Assembly: GCF_000315625.1 (NCBI RefSeq)
Contig: NW_005434673.1
Coordinates: 1,003,650-1,067,649 of the forward strand
DNA: 64,000 nucleotides
Direction: 5' to 3'
DNA from: Guillardia theta CCMP2712
Taxonomy: Eukaryota; Protista; Cryptophyta
Part shown: positions 45,529 through 58,901 of the stretch, piece by piece
How the letters are laid out: every line of letters starts with the position of its first letter
Numbering within the stretch: position 1 is the stretch's first letter
The notes under the pieces: model-generated
Databases searched by the model: none
What the model saw: only the letters and a program-made list of their open reading frames with translations
Told to the model about the DNA's origin: nothing
Program-made: the position numbers and the translations under genes

Positions 45529-48500
45529 ATGGCTTCGGGTTGTGACAGCGCTATGAACGAAGAGCCTTTCAAGTTGTCCCCTGTGATGACTGAGACGGAA
45601 TCCAAGGAGAAGTTGGAAACAAGCAAGCAGGGCACTCCTCATGATGCTCCAGAAGAGGTTGAGAGAGAGCCGGCAAAGGAGGCCCCTGCGGCTGAGGAGC
45701 CGGGAGCAAAACAGGGCAGCGAAACCAAGGCCTCAAACGAAGACAACCCTTCTTCCCAAAGCAAGGAAAATGGAGACGCGCCAAAGACTGAAGAAGGTGG
45801 AACGATCAAGTCAGGGTTGTTGCCACTCTTAACAAGCTTCTGCACAGATGAAACCATGGCGGACGAGCGAAGTGAAGCCTCGGCAGCCTTGTCGACCCCT
45901 CGCCTCGGTGTGCGGCAGGTGAATCAAAAGGATGAGGTGTGATGTCTCCTCAGTCTCCTCGCACAGTTGTCTGAGAGCTCTGAGGGGAACCTTTCGCCCG
46001 CCACGCGCAAACTTGTTGATAGTTTAGCGCAAGGCTCGGTTGAAAACATGGAAGGTATTAGGGAGACACGATGCTCGATTTGAAATCATGACACTATCTC
46101 TCTTGCTCAAAGCAGCATTAGATGCAGAGATTGCCAGGAACGAAACAGTCGAGGAGAAAGAAGCCCCTCCCACATCGCAAGGGGAAACAGGAAACAGCGA
46201 GGAGGTCAACGGGAACATTCTGAAGAATGTTGCTCAACAACTTCAGCAATCTATCGCAAGCTTCCCGGTGATTGGCTACAGCCTATTTGCTCCCGATGGA
46301 GTGAAGTGACTCTTGCCCTCAGGGCTCAGGCGGAGGTGGTGGTCCTGTTCACATCTTCTACCCCAACGGACAGGTATGATCGCTGAAAGAAGTCTCATAG
46401 AGCTCTCAAATTGACATTCTTGCTCTGCCAGTTTCTGCAAGTAGGGCAAAACCTTCAAGTGTTGAACAGCAGCAGTTCCAGCCAAGCACAGCAGGTTTTT
46501 CTGAAGGATTTCACTTGAGTTCGCTCACATAAGCGTCTCGCACTCTAGGCTTCAAATTGCACACAAACCCCACAAGTGAGTCTATTCACCTGCCAATGAC
46601 ATCGTTTAGTCTTCACAGGTTGTCTACTATCTGCCGACTGGAACATCAGCCCCGCAACAGCAAGTCTTGTTCTACGTCCCCGGGCAAACAAATCAGTTTA
46701 GAGCTCTTCCAATGGGTTTGCCCCCACAACCAGTTCATGTTGGTTCCTTCTGTTCTCCTCGTGAGACATTGAGTTCATCTTCCTCAGAAGAAGGCAAATC
46801 AAGGAAACGGAGATTCCAAATCGCATGCGGGAGAAACATCTACGATCGAACCTGTGTCCAGCAGTGATCCTAAGAAGTCTTCTACCGAACCGGCATCGAG
46901 AGATCATGAGTGCAAAGGTGCATAGCAGATATGAAGGTGGAAGTTGGAATCCTTGCTAAAACAGATATGTTGTTTCAGATGCAACGGCCATTTCATCAGC
47001 TAACGGCAGCAGGTGGTCTTCGTTCAATCCTTTGTTTCAACTGAACTTGAATTTGATCAGCGTTGCCGATGGAAGAAATCTTCACGCTCAGGTGACGAGT
47101 ACTCATCAGGAGGCCGAATATGCAATATCCACCACCACACTCCTTTCTTATCTCCTACCTCTCCCATAGCCACCGAGTCCGAATCCAATCTTACAGACTC
47201 AAATGACTAGCAGGTTGGGGGACAAGCGGTCCAACCCGTACTAATCCAGCAGCCGGGAGGATCATTCGTAGTCTACGGCCAGGTTGAGAGGTGCTCGCTG
47301 CTTAATGAAATATAACATGTATCTGTCAGGCAACCCAGTTCATGGTTGGTCAAGGAGCTCAGGCTGCTGCTCAGAAGCCTGCGGGCTCCCGACATCACTC
47401 GGCGGAACAGTCCAAGGCAGATGCGCAAGGAAACATGTCGAAGAATGTGAACGTGTCCAATCGTCCAAGACGGCAGACGAGAGGACGAGGGCGAGGAGGA
47501 AGAGGAGGGAGAGGAGGCCGTGGGCAAATGCCACAGACCAGAGTTTTCGACCAGGAAGGGAACGAGATCTCCAAGTTCAGCTCTCCAAACTACGATGACC
47601 CGGACCTCCGCTTCGGAGCGTTTCTGCTCAACAATGTGTCCAACCGAGCACTAGTGGGCCAGCAGGAGGAGAATGACGGGGACGATTTCGATCAGAGCCA
47701 AGAGTACGATCAAATGGAAGACTCGTCGGCCCTCGCTCTCCTCTGCAAGACCCTCTACAAGGCACGATGCGGGGAGCTGACCCATCCCACCAAGTACGTC
47801 GGGGTATGGAAGCTTCCTTCGGGCAAGTACAAGTCTTGCATCTGGAACTTTCGCAAGAACGGCAGCGGTAAGTGCCGGTACCGACTAGGGATCTTTGAGA
47901 ATGCAGTCGACGCCGCCATGGCTTACGATCGCGCGGCAATCTATCTGAAGGGAAGTCGAGCAGTGACGAACTTCCCGCACGACGAGGAGAGGGATGAAGC
48001 GGATATCCGACATATGCTCGAGTCAGAGGCCATCACAGACTCCGACATCATGTCGGGATCGGAAAGTGATCTGTCGGAGGACAACGAGGTTGTCTGGGAC
48101 GGCCAGCAGGCGATCAAGAGGAGAAAGCGACAGCTGAATGAGGCAGAGGACTCGAGCGAAGCCAACAAGATACGCAAGGCGATGTACCTCGGGGTGTGGA
48201 GGAAGGACGACGGTCCATGGCGAGCGACTCTGAGGAAGGGAGAGAACGGTCAGAAGAGGACACAGCACCTAGGGTTCTTCAAGTCGGCGAAGGCTGCTGC
48301 CCTGGCATACGATCGAGCTGTGGTTGCCATCAATCGAGAGCGAGCCAAGACGAACTTCCCTATCACTGAGGAGCTGCTGGCTGCTTCTCGCACCAAGATG
48401 GTGGAGCCAGAGCACACTGCTCACACTCTAGCGCAGGCCTGGTCGGGCAGCCAGGAGGCAACGCACGTGGAGCTGCAGATGCTGCATGGGAAGTACCTCG

Positions 48501-49096
48501 GGGTTGAGAGGACGACGAAGGGAGATTGGGAAGCTTGCATCTACGTGGGAGAGAACCTTGGAGGAACGGCGCGGCCCAGGAAGCTCGTGGCCGGGGTGTT
48601 CAACCATGCAGTACAGGCTGCAAGGTGGGGTGGAACCTGTCTACTCGTTGCTCCTCTGCTACAGTGCAGGGCCTGACGCTGAGCTGCAGAGCTTACGACA
48701 AAATCGCGCTAGCCATCTTCGGCCGAGACTGCGTTACCAACTTCCCTTACTTCAGTCCAACCAGGAGGGAAAATGTCCAGGACGGCGATATGGTGACGTT
48801 TGATAACGCTCCTCTGCTCTCGATTGACGTCGCTCGCCTGGCAGGTTGTGGATGGAGCCGAAAATCGTCCTGATTCTCAAGCACTGGATGGGGAGAAGGT
48901 AGAGGATCAGGGGGAGGAGGAAGGCATGTCGAAACCAGCTGTGAGCGATTGTGTTATGAAGGAGGAGGAGGAGGAGGAGGAGGAGGAGGCCCGGGAGGAG
49001 GAGGAGGAGCCGAAGACATCGCGGAGTGGTAGATCTGGCTCTGGATCTCCTTCAAACAAGAAGATGGATGTAGAGGAGGAGAAAGCAAACAAGTAG
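45529..49096 (+). CDS. Transcription factor with three AP2 domains, Q/P-rich region and RGG box
   Basis: KYVGVW..LGIFENAVDAAMAYDRAAIYLKGSRAVTNFP; YLGVW..HLGFFKSAKAAALAYDRAV..KTNFP; YLGVE..GVFNHAVQAAR|AYDKIA..VTNFP. Linkage of the upstream exons (45529-47340) is inferred. Confidence 0.85.
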
Positions 49097-50277
49097 AGTG
49101 AACCTGTCGTACTAAAGAATGAATGCAAAGTGAACTGCGTGCCCTCAGTGTCGTTCAACTACTCTCGAAACTTCATCAGTTCGGAAAGATTGATTGCAAA
49201 GTCAATTAGCTAATGCTTGTTTTCCTCGGGATGCCGAATCCAGAACCCCCTTCCCCACAAACCTGCCAACCTTTCGGGACCCCTCCTTTTGGGTACCCCA
49301 CCCCTCATTTGACCACATTGTAAGGGCCTTTCAACGGTAATCTTCGGGCCGTGTTCATGTACCCTACCCAGTTCGACCGAATCACGCAGGAGTCGGTGGC
49401 CGTGGCACCAGGAATGTACCGTGAGGGGTAGGTCATTCACGGACCGGTACACTCAAGGACAGGTTTCTGGGAATACTGTGGGGTGGTGTACAGAAATAGA
49501 TATGACAGGGGTGAATACGAAGGACCCTAAAAAAAGAAAAGGTACCGTTGTCTGAGTACCCTATTTATGAAGTAGAAATCGGGGGTAGGGGTTACAAAGT
49601 CAATAATTTTGACTAGAAGCACAAAGGACAAGGAGGGGTACTTGGAGAAAGAGTGATGCCTGCAATGAGAAAATGGTGGGTACTTTGAAGTAGAAAAGAG
49701 GGTAATGCTGTATAATGGGGGGTCATGGCAGGAAGCAGTGGAGTAGCGAGGGATTTTGATGACGGAGGGGTGGTCAGGTGTACCCTGGGAGGAAACACGA
49801 GGGTAGTGGTACCACCCACCTCTGCATTTGATTACGAAAGTAGTGTTATTGATGGGGTATTGTCGTATAAGTTGTGTAGGATGAAGGGGGTGGGGGTGGA
49901 CTGATCAACCCATGACCATGGTTACATGGCCGAGGGGTTGGAATTTTATCATGGAAAATATGGACCACCGGCAGCGCATGGATCGTCAGGAGATGGCAGG
50001 ATACAACAGAAGAAGGGAGGCAAGAGGGAAAGGGAAGATGAAAGGGAGGAGAGAGAGATGCTGTGAGGGAAAGAGAAGAGGAGAGTGGTAGATTCAATGT
50101 GAGATGGATTGGAGGAGCAGTTTGTAGGGGCAAGAAAGTACCTGAATGACAAGAATATAGAATTTCGACTTTGATGTTGTTCTGACAGATGTCGAATACA
50201 GAAATGATAGCTTGTACCGTCGCAATCTCTAATTTCTGAAGGAAAGCGAGGAGGGAGAATTCAGCTGTTTCAGAGGC

Positions 50278-53200
50278 ATGAAGGCAACGGCTCGGGCTGA
50301 CTTGCAGAACGGGCATCATGTGCAAGGTGTTGAGGAGGACGGGCATCCTGCAGCAGAGCATGCGGACTACCCGTCAGACCAATTGAAGGCGGAGATAACT
50401 TACTCGCATTCTGATGCTACTGAGACGGAAGGGGAACAAGACGGGTCAGTTTCTCAGGATCAAGGATCTCAGGAGCGTGTTGATGTGTCCCCGAAGCTCT
50501 CAGCACTTGTCCTGAAGGGACCAAAGGTCATCCGTCATCGTCACGCATTTCACGTTTTGATGCAATCTTGCAGAGAGGCGGGAAGAAGCACTCAATCATA
50601 GCGGAATGGAAGCGAAAAATCTTTGGGATCGGACCGCCGGTATGGCGCGGAAGCTGAGGTTGCAACAGGCTGATCCTTGCCTTCCTGCAGAGACTGGGAC
50701 AACCAGGATCCCGCCTGATCCATCCCTTCTCCCCTTTCGGACAGTTCATGACCGCAACCTCCTCCTTCTTCTTGCTCTATGTAGGAGTCACGACTCCGGT
50801 TTCGCATGATAGGAGCTGGGGAGGAGGGCTGACGATACTGTGACAGGTAACGATCGGATTCTTCTGGAATGTTGAGGATTGCTATAGGATGCCGACGCTT
50901 GACTTGGACATGATTGTGGATTGTTTCTTCAGTGAGAGGAGGAGGGAAGTGCCCGTTGCATGTCATGACACACTCTACAGTGTTCGAGATCGTCTGCAAC
51001 TTGTTTGTTGGTGTTTCCGTGCAAGGAGTGTATCGAGACAGGCTGGTGGTGGTGTGGCAGGAATATCTCAGGGGGACTTTGTTCTTCGACCTCTGCACTT
51101 CGATCCCTGTCTCAATTATCGAGTACGTCTCGCTGCAATCATGCTACATCGGGAAAGCAAGCAACTCGAACAGCAACTCCCTCAAGTTCATCCGCGTCTT
51201 GAAGCCTCTGAGGATCTTCAAGATGCTCAGGGTGATGAAGACAAGCAAGCTGGTGGGCGCTCTTGACATCCTAGAGTCCATCCTCCGCCCTCCTCCGCTC
51301 ATCACCACCATGGTCAAGCTCTTCATCCTCATTTTTGTGATGGTCCATCTCTGCAGCTGCCTCTACTGGCTGATCAAGGAGACGTTCTCAACCGAGGAGG
51401 AATATCATCTGTGGTTGAACCATCATGGGCTAGACGACGATCCGTCTCTGGCGCAGAAGTACATCATCTCCGCCTACTTCATCAGCACAGTCTTCACGAC
51501 TGTCGGCTTCGGCGACATTGCAGCGGAAAACACGGCAGAGAGGCTGGTGATTATCTTGATCATGTTCCTTGGCAGCATCATCTTTGGCATGCTCATCGGA
51601 GAGGTTCAGAGCTCGATGTCGCACATAAACAGATTTGCAAGGGACAGGCTCAGGCTGTCGCAGGAGGTCAAGAGCTTCCTTCGGTCCAAGGAGACGTCTC
51701 CAGCTCTCGAGCGAGTGCTCCTGAGCTACTTATTACAGGACTGCTCGTCACGTCAGGCATTCGAGGCTCAGTCCAAGTCCATCTCGCTGCTCCCCGTGGG
51801 CTTGCAGATGCAGATCGGGCAGCACCTGCACCAGAACATCCTCAACAGGATTCCTGTGTTCATGAGCATCGTGCACGAGAGCAAAAGCTCCTTCCTGGTG
51901 CAGCTCTTCATGGCGATGAGGGTGGAGACGCATGCTCGGGACCTCCCGGTGGCGAGGATGACGGAGAAAGCAGACCGGCTGCTGCAGATCCAGCGAGGAA
52001 CGGTCCGGGTGGATCTGAATCTAGACGGGCCCACCCTCTCAACCCTCAACCCTGGAGATTGCTTCGGTCAGTTCGCTCTGTACGACGACGTGACGTGGCA
52101 GACCGAGCAAGGTCTTCCAGCGACTTTCCATGCTCTCGACTTTGTGGAGCTCCTTGCGCTCCATCGCGAGGACTTCCTCGTGATCCTCCGCAAGACTCCT
52201 TCCGATCTGATCATTCAGATCGACGACTTTGCCAAGAACGAGAAGAAGATGAGAGAGAAGCTGCGCAGTCTTGGGGCAGACAATATCTCCATCCTTCGCT
52301 GGGTTCAGCTGTATGGGAAAATCCTGCGGCGAGTTCGTTTTGAGAGGACCAAGAATGCAGGATTTGACCTGGGGAGGAAGAGGGAGAGCGTGAACTATGC
52401 AAGAAATATTCACAACTTCTCGGTTGTAGAGAGGCAGAACGAATGTTCGAGTCAAGACAACTCCGCAGAAATTCTCAAGGCCATCAACCTCCTCAAGGAT
52501 AGTCAGGTGCTCCCCTGCCCCTCCTCCTCGTTCTACTCCTCCTTTTCCTCTCTCCCTGTACTCCCCCTTCCCCCGGTGTCCCCCGCTCCTCCGCATCCTC
52601 AGCTTGCTTGCCCTTCCTCCATGTCCCTCTGCCTCCTTGCCTGCCTGCCTGACTGCAAGCTCTCTTGCCATGCTGGTAGTTTCGCTCACTTGCCGCAGGA
52701 TCGTCTCAACGACAAGGTTGAGACCTTGCAGACGAGCGTGAAGACGATGAAAGAAGATTCTGAGGCACTTGACAAGAAAATCACGACGAGGATGCAGGAG
52801 ATTATCGAGTCCCTCCCTGCCTCCAATCATCGTCGATCAGGCTCCACATCTCCCACCGTCATCCTCTCCTCCTTCCCCATTCTCAACAATCCTTCGGCGA
52901 GGAAGAAGGAGAGAGGTCGAAGTACCAAGCAGGAGGATCGGCCGACGTTCCTGCAGGCGAGCAGCGACATCGTCTTGAAGCGATCGGAAGCGGACATGAG
53001 AGTCTTAGAGGTACAAACCTTCATTGATACCACTCGTGCCATCCTCTTTTCGTGTCGTTCTTTTTGCTTTTCTCCTCCCCTCCTTCGTTCCATCATACTC
53101 TCCCTTGAGCTGTGCCTATCCTATCCACCCTTCTTTTGCTTCATCGTCCTCCATTTCTTCATCTTTGTCCTTCCATGCCCACTTTGTCGTTCACTCACAC

Positions 53201-53572
53201 GAACGCCAGAACCATCTCATGACCGCAGAAGATTCATGGATGCTTCCGACCTTCCGGAGTTCCGAACAGGAGGACAGAGGAGCCTCGAGGAGGAGAAGGA
53301 GGAGGAGGAGTCCCAACGCAAAGCTCTCGCCTCACTCTAAAAAGTTCCTGGCTGATCTCTTTCCGGATGTCTACCCCAAGGAGGAAAGCAGTGCAGCAAG
53401 GAGGGAGGGAGTCAAGGCAGGTATGGAGAGGAGGGAGGCAAAAGTCAGAAGCGGGGCACAGGAGGACGGGCCCAGTCACAGCAGCAGCGTTCACAGGAGG
53501 GGGATGGTCCAGAACATCGGCATGGAGAGGCTAGAGGAGCCACATCCGTTTCGAAGACACTTCTCGAGCTGA
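50278..53572 (+). CDS. Six-TM K+ channel of the KCNH(EAG)/CNG class with cyclic-nucleotide-binding homology domain (3' end uncertain)
   Basis: S4 LKFIRVLKPLRIFKMLRVMK; pore TTVGFGDI; S6 IMFLGSIIFGMLIG; C-linker; LNPGDCFGQFAL; FDLCTSIP. Confidence 0.9.
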
Positions 53573-53785
53573 CTCTTTTACATCATGTTATTTATGTCTA
53601 ACATTGTCTATTCACAAATATCTTATCCCTTCCACCAGATCTTAATCATGAATTAATTCAATTAAATGTTCATCTGTCATCCCCTTCCCCAAATTCTCCT
53701 CCCTCCCCTCTCCTCGCTCGTCCTCCGACCCCCTTCTCCTCCCCCGCATCTCCTTATTTCCTTGCAATTCTCTCCTGCCAATTTC

Positions 53786-55220
53786 TCTAAACGAACCACT
53801 TGCCCGTCTCTTCCCTGCCTGCGCCGCAGCTGCTCGGCTGGAAGATTTCCGCTATGCTGCCACAGGAAGGATTAGCATACAAGTCTCCTGAGCATCATCA
53901 TCATCATCATCTTCTTCTTCTTCTCTAAGATCATTGAATTTCGTCATCACAGTAGTTCTAGTCATCATTGTCATCATACCAATCCTTACCTTCCTGTACT
54001 TGGAGAACTCCCTTGCGAGCATCCCTCGATCGAGAGCTTCTTGAGCTGCTCCAAACGGTTCATGAAGTCGAGCTGCTCCTGGGCAGTCACATCCTCAACG
54101 CAGCCTTCCCCTCCTCCTCACCTGCTCCTGCCGATTCAGCTTCTCATTGTACTCCTCAAGCTTCTCCAGGCACAGCAGCTGCTCCTTCCTCCTGCTCGGC
54201 TCAGTCAACGTCTGAGAGCAGTCAAGACAGCTCGCCTCATGTCCTCCTCCTTCTCCTCGACGTCCAACAGTCGCATCATCTGATGTTCTGCCTGCCAGGA
54301 GGGTGAGCAAGAGAGCTGCTGCTAACCTGCATGCTGCTACTTTCTTGTCGACGATGAGGGCAGCTGACTTTGCCGGATGCATCACGACGACATGGCCGGA
54401 GTCGATCTCGGAAACCAGGTCGACCCTCAGCTGTTGCAGTTGTGAGCAAGAGACGAAGATGAAGGGAGGAGGGATGCGAGGAGGAAGATGGCAAGTACGA
54501 GAGTTAAATCAGCAAACAATTTGGGAATAGATACGAACATATCAAGAGCAATCAAGTTTTCCTGACTGCCTTGTCCTTGAGCAGGGAGAAATAAAAACAC
54601 TTGATATCAGAATTCACTTATACAGGCACAGAGCATCGAGAAGGTGTCGAAACAAGAACAGGAAGCTTACTCACTTGATCGACATGATGCTTCAAAGAAT
54701 TGTTTCTACCAAGAAAGTTTTTGCCGTTGGGAGATGAAGGAAGGGAGCGTTTCGGAGACGACGGGGTGCTTTTGTTCCAAATGAGGCTCATTCTGATTTA
54801 AAGTCAGTCCAATGCTGTATTGGCGAATAAAATCAACCTTATCAATCCAAATCACAACCGTTACTTTCTTTGAAGACCAGCCAACTGTGTATCCTCCTGT
54901 GAGATAGATCTTATCGACCATGTACCATCACATTATTGACAAAATCAATGAAACCATGCCGTCAGTAACATTTTCCTCCGGTCAGACGATGTTAGCACGT
55001 TTTCTTAGCTCGGAGAGACTATCCTTTCTGAGGTGCTCTTGCTCTTTCCCGAATGCTGCTATCACCTCTGCTCCTCCTGCTTTTGCTTAACCTGCTCCTA
55101 AATTCACCCCATCGCTTTTCTTCGTCCTCCTCCTCCTCTCCCCCCTCTGCTCTACTTGCCTCTGCTCCCCCTCCTGCTTCTCTTGCCCATTCTGCGCTGC
55201 TCCCTGCTCCTTGGCCCATC
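53786..55220 (-). CDS. Hypothetical multi-exon coiled-coil protein
   Basis: AG/GT-bounded exon-like segments such as EQLLCLEKLEEYNEKLNRQEQ and EQLDFMNRLEQLKKLSIEGCSQGEFSKYRK; no recognisable domain. Confidence 0.4.
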
Positions 55221-55844
55221 ACTAATACTTCATCGCAAACAGAAGCTCAGTACCCCACCCCCTTCCAATCTTCGAACCAAACTTAGCCGACTTTTAGAAT
55301 GTTCTTTGTGAAAAGTTGCCCTTACAAATTTGAAATTTCACCTATTCACCATAATTATTTTGTAATAATTTTGGGCCCCCTTTGGTGATATCCTGCACTG
55401 AGAGTGACCGTTTAGGGTCAAGGGGCCAGTCATCAAGTTGACTCGGCAAGTCCTGGCCGTGACCCGGGCCTGAAAGCTCGGCCGGCGCGCGGCCCGCACT
55501 CCGGGCTGAGATCCGACTCGGATCATCAAGTTTTCTCAGTGCCGCTGAGCCAAGCTTCGTCAAGCGGACTCAGTGAGACCCGGCCGGTGGCGGCGCCGGT
55601 CCCGCCGCCGGGCGAGTCCCGGGCGGTGGCCCAGAGCCAGTGTCGGACCAACCATTTCACAGAGTCCGTCAGTTTATTACTTTCAAACATCTTTTGCCCG
55701 GCAATGCAGGCACTGCGGCACTGGTCGTAGAATCATGCTAAGACGGCTTTCGCATAGATTGGCATGGGCTTCACAGGCATGGGCTGCTTGCCCCCGGTTG
55801 CTGTTAGAAGTACAGACTTGCTTCGACCTGTCAGTTTTGCAGTT

Positions 55845-57104
55845 TCAGAGTTGGAATTGTCGAGAGCAAAGAGGGGGATCACCTGTGCTGGGCAAGTTGG
55901 CGCCTGACTTTGTTTTCGACTTGTCTGAGTTCGAATCCATGCTGGATAACTCTCGATCACCCATGCATGGAGGTTTGGGGCCTGGACGGTCAGGGATATC
56001 AAAAGGTGGCGCGACAGCTTTTGGGGAGAGGAGCCTTTCGAGTTTCTTGAAGTGCTTCACGTGGTTCTCAATTGTCGAGGGGGTCAGGAGCTCTTGGTGT
56101 CGCTGGGTTGCTATCCTGCTCCTCTTGTTTCCCCTAAGCTCCTCTGGTTGTGCGTAACCACGAAACGAAGCATACTTGCGTTTGAGAGCATCTGCATTGG
56201 AGGAGCCACCATTCGAGGTCTTCCCGATCATTTTTCTCTGCAAGGTGGAATTCCAGTGATTCTTGATAGCGTTGTCTGTGCGGCCTGGAATGAGCTTCGC
56301 AATCGCAGTCCACTTGTTTCCGTGAATTTTGTGCGCTTTGATGATCAGGTCATCTTCCGCATCCGTCCATGGGCCTCGGTTGATGAAAGGATCGAGCTGA
56401 TTCTTGTACCTCTCCCTGCATTGTTTCGGCGTACGATTGGGAACCTGAGTTCCGATCATAGTCCAGTCTTTGATCCCGAATTTCAGAACGAAACGGAGAA
56501 TTGTAGCATCCTCCTCATACGCCCAGGGCCTTCGCTCCTCCCCCTTGCCACTCTTTGTTTTTTTCTTATCGCTATCCGAGGAACTGCTGCTTGTCCGCTC
56601 CGAATCAACTTTTGGTCTTTCTTTCTCATCTTCGCTGGATGTTGAAGATGAACGATTTTCCATGTGGTGCACCATCTTCAGATGCTGTTCAAGAAATGAA
56701 TCCTTTCTCATCTCTGCTGGTACAAAACTATCGTCTCGATGTGCCGCCATGCTATGTGAGTTAGACTTTGCTTGCTCATCCGGCTTTGGTTTGACAAGTC
56801 CAGGAAATACAACATTGAACTTTGGCAAATGTGGAGGTGCTGTCGTGCATGATTCCTTCACCTTTCCCCCTGATTCACTTGGAGTCTGAGATATTTGCCC
56901 GATGCTATCCACCTTGTCCTCGCTGTTACGCTTGGATGTGGAGTTTGCGCGACCAACATCTTTTCCAGGAGACAACTGGCGTGCTTGTGCTTTCATTTCA
57001 ACACCGGCAAGAGTTTTCAGTCGCTTGGAGGGAGAATTTCCTTCCTTTGAGCTTGCTTCTTCCAGACATACAGAAAGCAGGGCTTGGAAAGCTGCATTAT
57101 CCAT
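55845..57104 (-). CDS. R2R3-MYB transcription factor (single long ORF)
   Basis: [35 protein letters not shown] / [39 protein letters not shown]. Confidence 0.92.
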   Translation of the reverse strand: MDNAAFQALLSVCLEEASSKEGNSPSKRLKTLAGVEMKAQARQLSPGKDVGRANSTSKRNSEDKVDSIGQISQTPSESGGKVKESCTTAPPHLPKFNVVFPGLVKPKPDEQAKSNSHSMAAHRDDSFVPAEMRKDSFLEQHLKMVHHMENRSSSTSSEDEKERPKVDSERTSSSSSDSDKKKTKSGKGEERRPWAYEEDATILRFVLKFGIKDWTMIGTQVPNRTPKQCRERYKNQLDPFINRGPWTDAEDDLIIKAHKIHGNKWTAIAKLIPGRTDNAIKNHWNSTLQRKMIGKTSNGGSSNADALKRKYASFRGYAQPEELRGNKRSRIATQRHQELLTPSTIENHVKHFKKLERLLSPKAVAPPFDIPDRPGPKPPCMGDRELSSMDSNSDKSKTKSGANLPSTGDPPLCSRQFQL

Positions 57105-58901
57105 CTCGAGTATTTCTGTTCCTTGTCGGAAGGAATCGTACTACCCAACTCCTGTAAGTGTGACCAGATGAGTTTAAAGAGAGAAGATTGAAGCTGCTGG
57201 GCGGGAAAGATTCAAGGGATGTGACGTGCGCGGTTGCAGGATTGATTAGCACTCAGTCAAGGGAGGAAGAGGAGATAGAAGGCGGAACAAAGGAAGTAGA
57301 GCCTGTGACGGGGGAGAGGAGGGGGCCTCGATGCGAGGTTGCGTCAAACTCCGTCAGGATCGGGTACCAGGCGGTGGGGTGGTGAAAGGTTCAAAACGTT
57401 CCATGGGGGGTGGGGGAGAACGAAAGTCAAGATTCAGTGGGGGTGGGGGGTACCATTACAAGGGGTAGATGCAAGTATTGTTCGGAATAGTGGGGAAGAC
57501 CCAGGGTAGTATGTAGATATAGAAGGGGTAGTCATTAAATATGACTGCTCGGTGGTGGGTGGAGGGTGAGTTGGTATTGCAATATCAAGGAAGGAGGAGC
57601 ATGAGGTAGGGTAGGGTAGGTAACGGGTGACGTGGGATAAGGTAATAACGAGGATGGGGCTCAGGCACGGGTACTTTTTCAGCTAAATGGGGGGGGTGGA
57701 GAGTGAAGTACACTTCTTGTGGATAGCGTTTGCCATGAGGTACCCGGGAGGACATGGAGGGCGGGACTCGAGCGATCCCGAAGCTGGGGGGTGGGGTACT
57801 TGATGCCTGCACAAGTTGCCAGGGGGGGACAAGATACCCGTTTAGTTGACTGGGGGAATGTGGGTGGTACCCAAAGATATCACCTAGGGACCCTAGGGAG
57901 GCTGCGAAAGTAAAAAGATGGTGGGGTAGGTCAAACCTACTTTTTTTGTTTCGCTTACACGACTATACCAGGGGTCGGGTAGTCCTCGGACTCGGCCAAA
58001 AGCTGATGAGGGGTAGTCACGAGGGCAATGGGTAGGTGGTGGTCACTATAAAGTACGGGTTGTCATTGAGTATTGGGATGTGGTGAAAGGACCATTTTAA
58101 AAGGTTTGAGGACTCACTAGACAGTTTCGCCGATGAGGGTGGGGTAGTCAGATAAGCAGTATCAGGGTACACAACAATGGGGGACTCAGTTCAACTCATT
58201 GGTCATGGGGTGGGGGTGGGTGAGGTACCAAGAAAAAATTCCGTACAACAGTTTTAAACTAAAATCTTTTTTTCCTGGTCGTTTTCTTCCGTCGCTGGCA
58301 CGCTTCAAGATCGCTCAAATATCTAAAGAAAAATTGAAATTTGAGAATGATTTTGTAGAAAAGTCAAAATCCCTTGGCTACCATACCCCCTACAGCCCCG
58401 GGGTATATCTAAAATGTACCATCCCTTCCCGCCGCCATTGCCAAAGAGACAGTACCCATCATTATCCCTATGAAGGAGGGGTGTTTCCCCCGGATAATGG
58501 TAGGGGAAAGGGGGTAGGAGGCTACCCCAAATTCAATTGACAAGTGTAACACTAGGGGTGGGTCCTCAGAATGACACTAGGTACACAGGGTGGGGTCATT
58601 TTAAAGTTCTGGGTTTCGAGCCCACTTTACAAATACCTTGCGGTCTATTTTTATTGAAATTTGTTGATTGAATTTTACGGTCGACACTTCGCAAGCCTTG
58701 GACCCCGACACATCCGCGCTTTACTCAAAGTTAAGTTAAAAATCAGTACGAGGACAATGAGGACACATCTCTATACTGTCTAGGTGGTTTTCAAATTGGC
58801 GTGTACGACGGCAACTGAACTGTGAAAGGATGGACAGACTGAGATTCATGCTCTCTTCACTTGTGTACAAGAATATTACAGGGGAGGTGGAGCTGATGGT
58901 A

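Noticed and set aside
58230-58380. AT-rich core between G-rich and C-rich flanks as a possible MITE
   Set aside because: No convincing terminal inverted repeats or target-site duplication found by eye.
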